64,000 bases of DNA from Podarcis gaigeae. Its lineage: Eukaryota. Under the pieces are notes generated by a model. The model was not told where the DNA came from, searched no databases, and saw only the letters and a program-made list of their open reading frames with translations. Positions within the stretch are counted from its first letter, which is position 1, and each line of letters begins with the position of its first letter. Both the position numbers and the translations under genes were made by a program. The stretch lies in NCBI GenBank assembly GCA_964106915.2, contig OZ066914.1; one strand, given 5' to 3'. Of this stretch, positions 1-13,130 are shown in pieces.

Positions 1-1364
1 ATACATGCTTTGGATATGGGGTGAAGTCTACCTGCAACTACATTGGAACATATGACCCAAATTCTTAGGATTAAGGGGGGGGGCAAATATTATAAATGAG
101 CTTTTAATAGGTTATGATCCTTAAACATTACCTTTGTTGCAGTAGCTAAAGGAGGCAATAACTGGTGTGTGACAGATACTAAAAATAGTAAGATTCCTTT
201 GAAATAATACCATCTTTTGAGGTTTTATAGTTTCCATCTTTTAGTAGATTCTTGAACATCTGGCAATAGCATTTTTGAATAGTGGACATCTTTATAAATG
301 TGTCCCCCCAAAAAAAGAATCTGTTAAGGGTGAGTACTCCCAGAAAAAAACACTGCTGGTAGGTCTCTTGACTTATTTGACAGATCCAACAAAGTTTGTA
401 ATCTCAGTTAACAACAACCAATAAAAGGCTCCCCGCTTAGCAACAACTAAGTGTCTTCCCCCAAAAATTGGCTGCTGAAAACAAAGAAAGCTTTAAAGCA
501 AGCCAGTTGTATGTGAGAGAGGATGTGTAGGTGTATGCAGGCACTAGAAACAAATTCCCGAGTAAGCAAAAGCTGCACCTCACTCATTGGGTTGACTTCC
601 AAATAAATATTCATAAGATTGTGCTACAAGTGTATGGTGTACCATGTCCAGCCACTATTTTGGAATGTGGTAGACTTTGGAGCACAAGTGAGATTTCATT
701 TTTCTTAAGCCTGAAGTTTGCTTGCCCCCTTTTTAAAGATTTCAGTAGTTCAATACTATGTAATATGCACAGTCACCTGAAACTTTCAGTCTGCTACAGA
801 AAATCCCCAGCATATTTATTCTTGCATCTATTTTTTTTAATTTCCTAAAGGCAAACACTGGATTTTGAAAATGCACAACATGACTCATCCTCCCTTGTGT
901 AGTTGCATGCATGGGAGCAGATCATTCAGCTCAATGGACTACTTTTCCTTGCTGCAAGTGCCCCACTATAACCTGCTATATATGAGTGGCGTTTGTGCCT
1001 CCCATATGTAGATGTAGCCACATCACTCACTACTCACTAGGCCCATGTGCTCAGGCTGGAAGTACATGGGGTACCAGTAAAGAGAAGGACTGGCTGGATC
1101 TATACATGGGAGAGACACATGGGGCTCCCAGAGCAGGTCATAGCTGGGCACCTGTGCTCAGCAGAAAGCTGCAGGAAAAAGGCAACCCATGCAGACATGG
1201 TTCAAGTATTATTGATAAGCAAAGTTGTAAAAAGGCTTACTGAAAGAAAACACTTCATTAGTTATACATTCCAGTTTTCTGAGGACGCAACACACTTATT
1301 TTAAAGAGGATATAAAAAGAATATGACATTCTAACATTTAAATGAACAAATTTCACTACTGTGT

Positions 1365-1370
1365 TTTATT
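1365..1370 (-). terminator. Likely FAIM poly(A) signal (AATAAA on the minus strand)
   Basis: tttatt at 1365-1370, about 275 nt downstream of the FAIM stop in an AU-rich 3'UTR. Confidence 0.55.
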
Positions 1371-1643
1371 CTGCACTTATTAAAATTTTCCATGTAAACA
1401 ATTTCTACATTGGTCAAAGTTCCTCTTTAGTGTTCTAATATATAAATTCTTTTTACAAAAAAGACATCATATTCTCATTTGGTCCTTCAATAAATTTCAT
1501 ATACAGCAGCTAGAAAATAAGAACAGCACAAACTGAATATACCATGAAGTATATATTAAAGTATATATTAAAGTAATCAAGTACCACAGCAATTGAAAAT
1601 CCCTGATCTTTGTATCTGCAATAGTCAGAATAATGGAAAGCGA

Positions 1644-4600
1644 TTACAAAGGTGCTGTGATTTCTTCATCGTCTACAACAAGCATATGAAGAATTCCTTC
1701 TCTTCTTTTCCCACTGCTGACAGCTTTAATGCAACAGTTATGCTTTCCAATACTGAAATGTGTTTCTGTCCCATCATCTACAAATTCTCCCTGGTACAAA
1801 AAAGGAAAAATAAATGTTGAACAGGTGATCAAATGTATTCAAATACTCTAATTGTTCATTAACCACCAAAAGATTGTTCTAAAAGTAAGGGTGGCTAACC
1901 TGTAACCCTCCAGATGTTACTGAATTACAACTCCCATACAGCTCCCTGATCAATGCCCAGGTGAGCTGAGGTTGATGGGAATTGTAGTTCAGCTCCATCA
2001 GGAGGGCCACAGGTTCTGATACATAGGCAAACATATTCAAAATCATCACAATGCACTTCATAGAGCAGCACCGAGCTTAGACTGTCATGAAATTGGTTAG
2101 ATTTTAAAGGTTACATTGCTGACCAATGCTCTGTTCCCAAGTTTTATAAATTCCAAAGTGAATGAACTGTTTAATTTTTCCATTTCCTATGGAGGAAATT
2201 TATCACACACTGGTGGCCTAATGTGTAGTCTATGTCACAAAGACAAGATAATAAATTTTTCCTATGTTTGAATAACACTTCAAAACACTTAAATACCATT
2301 CTATAAGTGAGTAGCTTTTAAAATCGTTCCCTCATTTAAAAGTCTTTCAGTCAACCCTGGAATGGACTCCTTGGGAAGATGATGGACTATCCTTCCTTAG
2401 AGGTTTTTAAACAGAGTCTGGATGGCCATTTGTTCTGGATGTTTTAGCTGAGATTTCTGCACAGGAGGGGGTTGAAGTAGCTGAGCCTGAGGTCCCTTCC
2501 AACTCTACAATTATATGAAAGAAGGAACTGGTCAAGTGTACATTTCCTTGCTTTTAGGGGTATTTAAACCAAGTTCAAATTTTTCACTTATGGAGGGGGT
2601 GCGGATAACATTGAATATGCATCTCTTAATTGTAACTTTAGTCCATTTTAATTTAAAATTTTTCATTTTAGAATATCTATGATTACATACCGCCGTTTCC
2701 ACTTTTTTACCATTGCACCAGACATCCATTGTGTCTTTTTCTGTTAAAACAAATAAAAGGACTGTCACTTAATCATAACATTTTCTTATATTAAAAACTA
2801 TTTACTATAACGTATGCATGTCAGATATGTCCAGACCAAGGCTTCCCATTTTGTATCTTATATTTAATTTTGATTTAAGGCTTGTCCACAATTTCAGCCA
2901 TTATTTAGCTATGAATTCATTTCTTCTCCATTCAAATTAGACCACAGTAATCCACACCTGCATGTATTTGAATCTGTATATGAGGAGCAACTTTGGTCTT
3001 TCCCTTTCATCCCAGTAGGCATTCTCTTTAGTGTTTTTGTTCCAGCCTTCCAGCTTGTTGATTTTATTATGCTGCATACATCTTTTATTTTTTTAAATCA
3101 CCACCCAGGAAGTGTCCAAAAGCACAAAGACAGGCGATTTTAAATTCTCAACACACTCTTTCTTGCTGTTCCATGCCTGTGTCTTGTGAAAATCCAATCT
3201 TATCCACTGAACTGAACCACAGTTAAGCAAAATCTCCCTTGAGATTTTCTGTGCATAGCTGATTCAATGGGTAACATCAGATTTTTGCAAGGCACAACTG
3301 TGGGACAATGATAAAAACTCTCAGTTGCAGGGGAACCAATTAGTACACAATATGATCAAAGTACAGGTGAAGCAAAAGTGTGGATGAGCCCAAATCAAGT
3401 GTAGTTTTGCACCTTAGCTAGAGTGATGAAGACAATGCTTTGTACAGCCACAGTCCAAGCCAGTAAGATTCTGATAACATGAGGTTTTTCTTCCTAATTG
3501 ACATGTTGGAGCCTAACAAGGGGTGTGTTAATCTACCTATGGGGTTGCCACCAACTAATCTCACCTCAGTGTGTTTTGTAAAGAGAAAATATGGGATGTA
3601 ATGTTCAGGGTTCTCATAGTGCTTGTAGGGGGCAGGGAAATACAGGTGTGAGGGTGTCATTTTTTTCTTCTACCAGAGCATGGGTTAGTAGCATTCCCAG
3701 ATCTCTGTAAATGCTAGCTATGCCCTTGAACAGGTTAGATGGTGCAGAGCATACTTTAAAGAGAGTTAAGAATATTGAGACAAGCATTGGGGCTTGTGTG
3801 CTCTCCCTTCTCCTGATGTTGCATGGCAGGAAGAATTATTATTTTTTAAATATATGTTTACTGGCTTTTGAGAAATAAAGAAGTAAAAAGTCAATAAGAT
3901 TTCCAAATTAATCAAAGGGGGGGAGTAACTGTAACCATAACTGTGATTGAGTATATAATCTTCTTCATCTTCAGTACGCATTAAGAAATAAATATGGAAC
4001 AATGGGTCAGAGTTTAAATCAGTTGGTTGGGGAAGGAGAGAACTTTGAAAGTACAGTGGTACCTTGGGTTACATACGCTTCAGGTTACAGACTCCACTAA
4101 CCCAGAAATAGTGCTTCAGGTTAAGAACTTTGCTTCAGGATGAGAACAGAAATTGTGCTCCGGCAGCACGGCAGCAGCAGGAGGCCCCATTAACTAAAGT
4201 GGTGCTTCAGGTTAAGAAAAGTTTCAGGTTAAGTACGGACCTCCGGAACAAATTAAGTACTTAACCCGAGGTACCACTGTAATCCAATTTAGCATAACAT
4301 GCAAATGTCATCCAGTGCCACTAATAAACAAGCCAATGGTAAAATGATCACTAACTCAGATTACTAAAACATACTGAAGTGTTCATATTTTTTTTCCATA
4401 TCAAAAAGGCCCTTCACTAATTCCCAGGAGGTTCTAATGATACTCAGAGCTCTCCAGGATCAGGCTCCAATGAGATATTTGTTTTATAGTTTGTTTCAAA
4501 TAAAGGAGTCACAACAAAAATCAGTGCTCTTGGAACGGCACCACAGCATGACTAAACAAAATATATGGGAATATATGGGACCATACAAAAGGCAAACATG

Positions 4601-7165
4601 GAACTATGTAAGAATAACCTACCTAATACAACCCTGTAATCTGTACAATCCAAGTGTAATATCCAAGTACTTGTTGTTTTTGACCTGTTCTCCATGTATT
4701 TTGTGAGGCTCTTGCCATTAATTTCCAAGGTATATTCATACGCAAAGCCACTAACAGCATCAATGTTAATAGTAGCCTTTGTTTTAGATGTTCCGACAGT
4801 AAATGTCTCTTTCCCCACTAATTTGAACATCCATTCTTTTCTCATTATTTCCTGAAGAGAAAAAAATAGCACTGATGTCAACATATATATTTGCTTCAGT
4901 ACTGAAAAAAGGAAACATCACATAGCTTTCTGTTTGTTTACATCATAAAAAGAAAGCTTGATCTCAAGTACACATTTCAGTTTAATAAAAGTGTTACATT
5001 ACAAGGGAAGGTAATACAACAGAGCAACTGGATGAGGTATTTTGACACACACCAGGAAGTACCGTTTTGCTTTGTCCCCCCTGCCCCACCTTGGTTTTAA
5101 TGTACAGTGGTACCTCGGGTTACCTACGCTTCAGGTTACATATGCTTCAGGTTACACACTCCGCTAACCCAGAAAGAGTGCTTCAAGGTTAAGAACTTTA
5201 CTTCAGCATCAGAACAGCGGCAGCAGCAGGAGGCCCTATTAGCTAAAGTGGTGTTTCAGGTTAAGAACAGTTTCAGGTTAAGAACAGACCTCCAGAACGA
5301 ATTAAGAACTTAACCCGAGGTACCATTGTATCTATGTGGGCATTTTTGTTTGCTTGTAAGCTGCTTTGGGTTGTCTTAGGCAAGATAAAAGCAACTAACA
5401 AATTTAATAAATAATAATCATTATTATTATCAATGCTAAAGGGACCTAATGCCAAAGCTAATTCACGGATGGCACCTAGCCCTTGTACACCTATATCACA
5501 TTAATAGGGGCATGTTGCCCTACGTTTAGACAGAATGTCACTTAACACATTTATGGTGGGAATTCTCATGGGAAAAGAAGTGTTGGCAGGCAGTCTCTGG
5601 TATAAATGCAACAGGAGGCCAATATGGATTCAAGATTGGCCTTGCTGTCATTTATGGGGTAGAGAAAATTGCTGGTATAATAGTTCATCTCCTAATAGCG
5701 GCTTACAAAAAAACCTGCTCATTACTGGAAAAGCAAGGAGGATTTTGTGCTGGGGAGATGGTTTGATAAGCATTTGGCAGTTTGCAATGGCAGAAAAATT
5801 CACAGCAGAGGCAGATAGGGAAGGAAACTTTCCATGAGGACTGTCTCACCTATTGCTTAGAAATCATTTTTGAAAATTTTTTTAACCTGTGTTTGGATCT
5901 ATACAGATTACAGAAAACATGTATATATGCAAGCAAAATGATACTGCAAAACCAGCTAAAGCAAAGTACATACATTGTACCACAGATCACTGCCCATCTC
6001 TTTTATTTTTTGGGTGTTGCTATTAAAATTTAAAGGGGGAAATGACTGCACTTTCAGACAAGTATGCATGGACTTTTACATACCAAGAGAACTATGGTGA
6101 TAAGGCCTTAAGGCCTTTTTCCTTATGGTAGAAGTTTCACCATGATATTGTTTGGATTTTCAGCAAAGCCTAAGCTTTCTTTCTCATATCATATGGAAAA
6201 CCACATCCTGGCAGAACAGATAGGCATGTGTCAGAGAACAGCTCTATTGCTGGAGCTCTGCATATACTTATTACTAGGGATATCACAGGAATAGGGGCAT
6301 CCAGAAAGTCAAAGTCTCCTGCTCAGTTTCTGTTAGAAGAATCAAAGCAGGAAGCACAGCCCATGTTGAGTGGACGTCTTGTCCTGATTCTATATGTGAA
6401 CATATCCATTCACCAGCTGCCCATCCCAGAGCAAAGATTTACATTAGGGGCCAAGCAAGATGGTAGCAGCAACTCCTTGGATTGGACAGACTTCCTTGCC
6501 TCTTCCCTCTTTCCCCATTGCTTGATTTTCTTCCCCAAATAAAAGAGACATAACCAGCATTTATGTTGCAATGCCTCCTTCTACTTCATATAATAAAAAC
6601 TGAATGGAACTGCAACCCCCATAATTTTTGGCCACGGCTGGAGATTATATGAGTTGTAGTTCAATTTCCAGGATCTCTAACAGAAGGAAACATCACAGTA
6701 CACTTCCATTTGTTCCGGGGGAAAAGCAAATGCAGAAGGAGGAAGAGCCCAGGAGTGTGAGGGGCTGTCCTTTCCAAGGAGCTAATGCACTATTGCTATC
6801 ACTGCTAATATTTTAAGAAAAGTAGAATATCTTCTGCAGAAAAACCGAGTGCTTTTCCACTACATGTTTTAGATTTTAGACCAAGACTTTAAATCCACAT
6901 TACAGATCAGTGACATACATTTAATCTAACAAACTTCACAGAAAATAACCTCTTAAGGACTATTGTTTGGTAAACCAGGTTAACTAGGTTTACTGATATA
7001 AAAAAACTCACTGTTTGTTTTTCATACTGTGTGCTTTTCATGTAAGAATCCTACCTTTCCATCCACATACACAACACGTTTTCCTGAGGTGGTCCCATGT
7101 TCAAATTCAATTTTGTGGATGCCATCACTTAAACCTACTTCCCAGATAGCCACTAGGTCCGTCAT
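1644..7165 (-). CDS. FAIM: Fas apoptotic inhibitory molecule 1 (FAIM-S, 178 aa); coding exons 7055-7165, 4623-4851, 2691-2740, 1644-1790
   Basis: The spliced translation MTDLVAIWEVGLSDGIHKIEFEHGTTSGKRVVYVDGK|EIMRKEWMFKLVGKETFTVG...YRVVL|EKDTMDVWCNGKKVETA|GEFVDDGTETHFSIGKHNCCIKAVSSGKRREGILHMLVVDDEEITAPL* matches vertebrate FAIM1. All introns are GT-AG with consistent phases (0,1,0). Confidence 0.97.
2355..2515 (+). mobile_element. CR1 LINE 3' end fragment
   Basis: CR1 3' motifs ...ccttccttagaggtttttaaacagagtctggatggccatt...ggtcccttccaactctacaatt. Confidence 0.75.
4054..4279. mobile_element. Tc1/mariner-type MITE, copy 1
   Basis: TIRs cagtggtacc(t)tgggtt / aacccgaggtaccactg with TA on both sides. 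Confidence 0.9.
5105..5328. mobile_element. Tc1/mariner-type MITE, copy 2 (same family)
   Basis: Same TIRs and internal gcttcaggtta repeats, with TA flanks. Confidence 0.9.
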
Positions 7166-8393
7166 TCTGTCCAGGTAGCTGCAAGAATATATGTTTAAAT
7201 ACAACTGATTAATAAGTAGTCCACAATTCAGATACCCCCTTTAGGTATGTACAAAAATCTGCACATGTATACTCCATACCCCAAGCAGATCTTTATTCTT
7301 AAGTCTGCTTCTGAACAGCTTCCAAATATTGTCCTCAGGTTTTGTGAGACCTCTTTGGAAAGAGGGATACTAAAGGCTACATTCCACTTGCCCTTGAAAA
7401 CCTATCAATTGGTGCCTTAATCCTGTAGTGTTGTTTTTATTTAGGTAGTCTTTACCTCCTCACCCAAATTCTAAGCTACAAGGAACACAACAATAATCAA
7501 ATTATATTAGAAATGGAACAATACTCAGATCACAAGACAGCCTGAACTAATTTTTTTTTTGTGGGCATTTACTTCGACAAATACAAATAGGATTGGACCC
7601 TATTTTGGACCTTTGGACTCTAGAAAGGCTTTTGATCTAACACAGACATACACTAATAGGGGACATAAGGAGGCAATTTTGTTGATCATCCTCCAGCCTC
7701 CTGAAAACCAGCTCCTTAGAGTTGGATAACTCTCCAAAACAGTGTGCAAGGTGGCATGGTGGTTTGCAGGGGGAAATCAGAAACATTGTCTCCCCTCTTC
7801 CACTAGTAGACATCTCTACTGCATTAAAAGTCGAAGTGCATTGCACCCAAAACTATTTAAATAATGCTTTCCTTTATCAAATAGATCCCCTTAAATAAAT
7901 CAACTTTTTGAACCGGCTCCAATTGTTATCTGTGTCACTGTAATCAAGGTTAGTAGTAAACCCAGAAATAGTGCTTTTTCATATTTTTTAAAATTATTTC
8001 ATTTTATATGCATTATAAATATAACAGACAAAAATTTAAAAATGAAAAACAAAGTATAAAATAGGCATGTGGAATGAGTAAATTGTACTTGAGTTAAAAT
8101 AGCTAAGTCCAAGTAAAGACTATCAACTTTATCAAATCATCAAGTATAATTCTAGATGAAATAGTGCTTTTTATAGTTTTCTTGGCCAGTATTTGCAACT
8201 TAAAATATAAAGAATGAAAGCACAGCTCAAGTTAAAATTCTGTTTGCATCTCAAATTACCGGTAACTCATCTTATATGCATATTACAGTAAGCCTACTAC
8301 CGGTATTTAAACTATATAGATAGCACAAATCCTATCACTATTAACATCTGGGAAGGCTTTCCCAGACCTCTTACAGCACAGATTACTTTTTAC

Positions 8394-8452
8394 CTTACAT
8401 CATCTTCATAGTCAGTACTCTCATCACGGGATGCCATAGCAATCAAAACAGG
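8394..8452 (-). CDS. FAIM: FAIM alternative exon encoding the FAIM-L-type N-terminus (ATG at 8437; MASRDESTDYEDDV-S-YLDR then MTDLV...)
   Basis: 59-nt exon with acceptor ...ttaaag| and donor AG|GTAAAA. The phase-2 end joins in frame with the 13 nt upstream of the FAIM-S ATG (exon 7055-7178). The peptide resembles the human FAIM-L extension MASGDDSPIFEDDESPPYSLEK. Confidence 0.85.
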
Positions 8453-8966
8453 CTTTAATCCATTTAGCAGCAAGAAAAGAAAAAGCAGAACAATAGCAGC
8501 AGCAAAGAGATGTTGAAAACTATAACTCCATGTTTATTAGGAAGAAATCCTTTCCCAGTTTTCATCTTGTTTAAACACTATGGTTAGGATTCTTATAGGA
8601 TTAAACACTGTTAAATATAATGTAATAAATCGGTCCATCGTGGCAGTGCACAAAGTAGTGGCAAATATAAATCACTTAGATCTACAGGCTTATAAAGTAC
8701 TAGATTGTTTTACTAGGGCTGTGTATGCAACACTTCTTTCTAGAATAACTGAAGACTGAGTAATTGCTTTTTCTATATAGTCTGCACACAGTCTAGATCT
8801 ATTGGATATATTTTTGCTCCTGAAAAGTGCTAATTAAGAAACAGAATTCATACCAAAAATAATAAAAGATCATTGTAGATTGTTTCCGCATTATCCTGCA
8901 GTGTGACCAGTGAAAACAGATGTACATGGTCCTGACAATGGGAGGTGTACCCACACATGCCCAATA

Positions 8967-9208
8967 CAGTGGTACCTCGGGTTACATATGCTTCGGGTTA
9001 CATATGCTTCAGGTTACAGACTCCGCTAACCCAGAAATATTACCTTGGGTTAAGAACTTTGCTTCAGGATGAAAACAGAAATCATGCAGTGGCGACGCAG
9101 CGGCAGCAGGAGGCCCCATTAGCTAAAGCGGTGCTTCAGGTTGATAACAGTTTCAGGTTAAGAACAGACCTCTGGAACAAATTAAGTTCTTAACCCGAGG
9201 TACCACTG
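8967..9208. mobile_element. Tc1/mariner-type MITE, copy 3 (same family)
   Basis: Perfect TIRs cagtggtacctcgggtta / taacccgaggtaccactg with TA flanks. Confidence 0.9.
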
Positions 9209-9778
9209 TAATCTTGTGAATAGGCATATACTGTGTAAAGATCACTATTAACATTTCATTCATCATTCACCCGAGACTTGTTCAGGGAAGAAAAAGTGTG
9301 AATAACCTAATCATGGGAAGAATCTTCTAATGCATAACAATAACCACACCCATTCTTGTGGATCACAAGATCTAGAATTGATCTATATTGAAAGCAACAT
9401 GCTGAGGACCAGCATGAACAATTCAAGATTGAGAAAAGCCACATTTTTGTCCTACAAATGGATTAGCGTGTACACAGCTCAAGTTTTTATTTGCTAGTTA
9501 TTCATAATGTTTCAAGTTACATCAGCTTTGCAACTATGTTATTGGCCCTCAATGACTTTTACAAACATACTGTCTAGACTCTAGACAGTTGTATTTTAAC
9601 AATTTGGAGCAAAGAGATGGCCTGAAAGGACAGTTTTGCAAGAAGGTATCTACGCAACACAAACTACAAAGTGATGGCTATAAACAAACCTGAGTTACAT
9701 CATTGCTCTGGATTGGGTTGACAGCTCTCCCAAGTGTTGAACATGTAGTGATAAGTGATGCTTTATATTGAGACTTAA

Positions 9779-10133
9779 AGGTAAAGGTAAAGGGACCCCT
9801 GACCATTAGGTCCAGTCGTGGCCAACTCTGGGGTTGTGGCGCTCATCTCGCTTTATTGGCCTAGGGAGCCAGTGTACAGCTTCTGGGTAATATGGCCAGC
9901 ATGACTAAGTCACTTCTGGCGAACCAGAGCAGCGCACGGAAATGCCATTTACCTTCCTGCCGGAGCGGTACCTATTTATCTACTTGCACTTTGATGTGCT
10001 TTCGAACTGCTAGGTTGGCAGGAGCAGGGACTGAGCAACGGGCGCTCACCCCGTCGCGGGGATTCAAGCCACCAACCTTCTGATTGGCAAGTCCTAGGCT
10101 CTGTGGTTTAACCCACAGCACCACCCGCGTCCC
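9779..10133 (-). mobile_element. Full-length Sauria SINE with 14-bp target-site duplication
   Basis: On the minus strand it has a tRNA-like head (gggacgcgggtgg...tgtgggttaaacc) and an (ACCTTT)n tail. The TSD atattgagacttaa is at 9765-9778 and 10134-10147. Confidence 0.92.
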
Positions 10134-11560
10134 ATATTGAGACTTAACATAAATAACCCAGTATGGCCTATTGGACTGACACCAGGACTGACACCAGGAC
10201 TTCTTTAGCCCTGGTATCAGGAGATGCCAGGAACCGAACTGGGACTTTTTGCAAACCCACTTTAAAACATGGCTTTGGGGTGGGGGGGACTGTGGCAATC
10301 TCAATTAGCTTTAAAGACAGGTTGCTTATTTGGAACATTATTTGAGAAGTCATCTATGCACATACACATATGGGATATCCACCTGCACAGAACAGCAAGC
10401 AATTAAACTCTTACCTGGAAGCTGCCAGACAACAATGGAGATATCAATAAAGCTAGGCAGGCAAGCAAGTGAAAACCTAGCAGCTACAGACTGATAAGAG
10501 TGCTGGAAAAATAGACCAGTGATGTCATAATGTCACCTGTGTGTGACTAGACACTGAAATCTAAGAATTAAAGAGAAATTCCGATTAAGCAAACTCCCTG
10601 TCAATCAAAACCACTGATACTGCTGCCTCATATTATTTTATCCTAACTGCGTTTCTCCATCTTTTGTTCCTGGAGGATAAAAAAGCAACTGGAGGATAAA
10701 AAAGCAACTATCCAGTATTACACTGTGTGAAATCAAGACTGAAGAGGAGACCCTGAAGAAAATCAGAGATAAAATGCCTACATTTTTAAAGAGCAATAAT
10801 AAAATAGGAATAGGAGGAGGAGATAGGAGACAGAAGCAGTTATAGGGAAAAAAGAATGTAAAAAGAGGTAGGAGGAATGAATGTGAAGAGGGTACAAGTG
10901 AAGGAGATGGGTACAAGAAACAACTGGAGATGAGGAAAATACATTTGAGAAGCATGAGTGAGGAAAGAGGAAGGATATATATTATATATATGATCCTCTT
11001 CAGAGCCTTAGGATCAGCAAATGCTGCCTAAAATGTAGAGACTGTTTCACCAGGGTCAATGTCTCTACTTAGTGTGAGAAAAGCTGAACTATGAAACTCC
11101 CTGCTGCAATGATATTGATTAGACATCAATAGAAAATGTCAGTAATTGCCAGCTTATTGTGCCAATCTCTATCTCCATCCACTACAATTTTGTTTAATAG
11201 TTCTATTCTACACCATCACTGTTTGACTAGTGGATTTTAATATTTTCAGCCCTTTCAAGGAACCTCTGGATTATAATAAGTGCGGGAGAGCTGCTCACCA
11301 AGATATCCCAGGCTTTTAAAAAGAAAGCCGCAGCCCTTAAATTAGGCCTGGAAGCTCACAGGCAGCCCATGTGATTTGCCCAGAACCAACTGGAAGTGGT
11401 CCCACCTGCCAGCAATTCACACTGAGAAAGGCTGCAACAATCTATGCTCACTGCCATTTCTGAGCAGTCTTCAAGGAATGAGAGCACCAGGGACAAGAAT
11501 ATGCCAAAGAGAGTTGGGGGTGAGAACACACAGACCTGTTTTACACCATTATTTACGTCT

Positions 11561-11750
11561 GAGGACCGCTGGGAGGTGCATAGAGAGAAAAAATGCCATG
11601 GTGCATATGCCATAGCATATCCTGACTCCTTCATCTGCCCCAACTGCAGCAACTCTACAGCCACAGTAACTCTCCAAGCGTTTGACTTCACCCCCAAAGG
11701 CGCATTCTTCCATTGTCTCCAGAGGCAGACAGATGTTGCCAACAACAACA
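11561..11750 (+). mobile_element. RTE-clade LINE 3' end (degenerate C-terminal zinc-finger remnant, (AAC)n tail)
   Basis: Translates as EDRWEVHREKK...FICPNC, followed by a 3'UTR ending gatgttgccaacaacaaca, typical of squamate RTE elements. Confidence 0.6.
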
Positions 11751-12479
11751 TTCAAGGAATGAGGTGAGAAAACCCTGTCCATGCCACAAATTCAAATACC
11801 AAAAGCATGTGGAGAATATGTCTCAATCTACATTTATAGCATTCTAGATTCTTCAATGGAAGGGTCACCAGAGGTATCAGAAGAAGCATCACCAGGCTTT
11901 CTCTATGTGCTGCATTTGGTGGCTCAGGCCAAGTAAGGTTGGATGTATATCTAAGTGTGCATTACCTTTGCAAGAGGATGCTTCTTTATTCCTGGATTAA
12001 TCTGAAATAACTAGGAGAGGTGGGTTCACCACCATTCATCCTTCCACTCACAGAGTAAAAGAAAAAAAAGTTGTTCGTAGTTTAGGGAAGGGTTGTTACA
12101 GTGGGTCAAGAGAGCCATGAATAGTGTTTGTGTCCTTGAACCCGCTTTCTAAGGGCAATGCAGTTTGTCTCTAGGGCATATGTGTACAAAGAGGAACAGA
12201 AATGGTCAGGTAATCCAGATTAACTCCCTGGTGCCTTTTTAAATCAGCAAATGGATGAATCACAGCCCCCCTCCCCTCTTTATAGTCGAAGCGAGAACTC
12301 CAGCCACAGGTAGTCGATGTGAGTAAGCAAGGGGTGGCGGTTGTTAATCCGGAGTAATAAAGGCAGAGCCAAACAAACGGTCTGCTGCTTTCAATGATTT
12401 TACACGGATTTATCTAGGCCGGGGAAGTTGAAAGATACATACAGTAAAGGGGTGGAGGAGGTGGGTAGATGGGCTGGAA

Positions 12480-13130
12480 TTGAGGGGGCGAGGAAGAGAC
12501 GGGCCAACCATCGTGTCGGCTGGTGACAGGGCCTCCCCCTTCCTCCCACCCCACGGAGTCATCCCGAAGGCGAGGCCTTTTTCCTGGGGACAGTGGCGAA
12601 GACCTGTATCTATGGGCGACGGGCCCGTAGCGCTACAAACAACTCCAACCCAGGCGAAGGAGGAGAAGGAGATAAAATGGCGGGGCGGGGCACGACGAGT
12701 TACAGCGACTCTGTCCTCCTCCCTCCCTCTCCCTCAGATACCTGCGCGGCTCTCCCAGACCGTTACTCCGCTCGCAACGGACTCTCCCTCCCAAAATGGC
12801 GGCCAAGCCTGGAGGAGGAGGAGAGGGAGAGGCCGCCCAGCGCCTCTTCCTTCCTCCACCCGGCAGCTCACCTGCTTTGCTTCGTCCCGCCTGTCCGTCA
12901 GCGGGCTGCTTCTTTCATCTCACACACACACCCCGCCCGCCCTGCCTCCGTGGAGCAGCTTCCCTTCTCTCGAGGGAGGCCTCCCTCTTCAGCGCCACCT
13001 CTGGAGGCGCCTCGGCTGCTCGCTGCCCAGTTCCTCCTCTTCTCCTCAGGCTCCCCAAAGCAACGCGGGCTGACTGTTCCCCGCCGCGCCACGCTTAAAT
13101 TTCTTAAAGGATGCTGCTTCGTCGTTCTTC
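12480..13130. promoter_or_regulatory. CpG island / FAIM promoter region
   Basis: GC- and CpG-rich against an AT-rich, CpG-depleted background. It contains GC boxes (ggggcgggg) and a YY1-type motif caaaatggcggc at 12792-12803. Confidence 0.8.
12872..13000 (-). other. FAIM: Probable non-coding first exon of FAIM (5' end approximate)
   Basis: Strong donor CAG|GTGAGC on the minus strand at 12872/12871, inside the CpG island upstream of the FAIM coding exons. Confidence 0.6.

Noticed and set aside
200-380. Possible degraded L1 fragment on the minus strand at the window start
   Set aside because: The similarity is too weak to support by eye; it needs RepeatMasker.
10638-10980. Purine-rich, coding-looking tract with a ~20-bp tandem duplication (10670-10709)
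   Set aside because: It has in-frame stops and no identifiable protein family; it is probably a decayed repeat.
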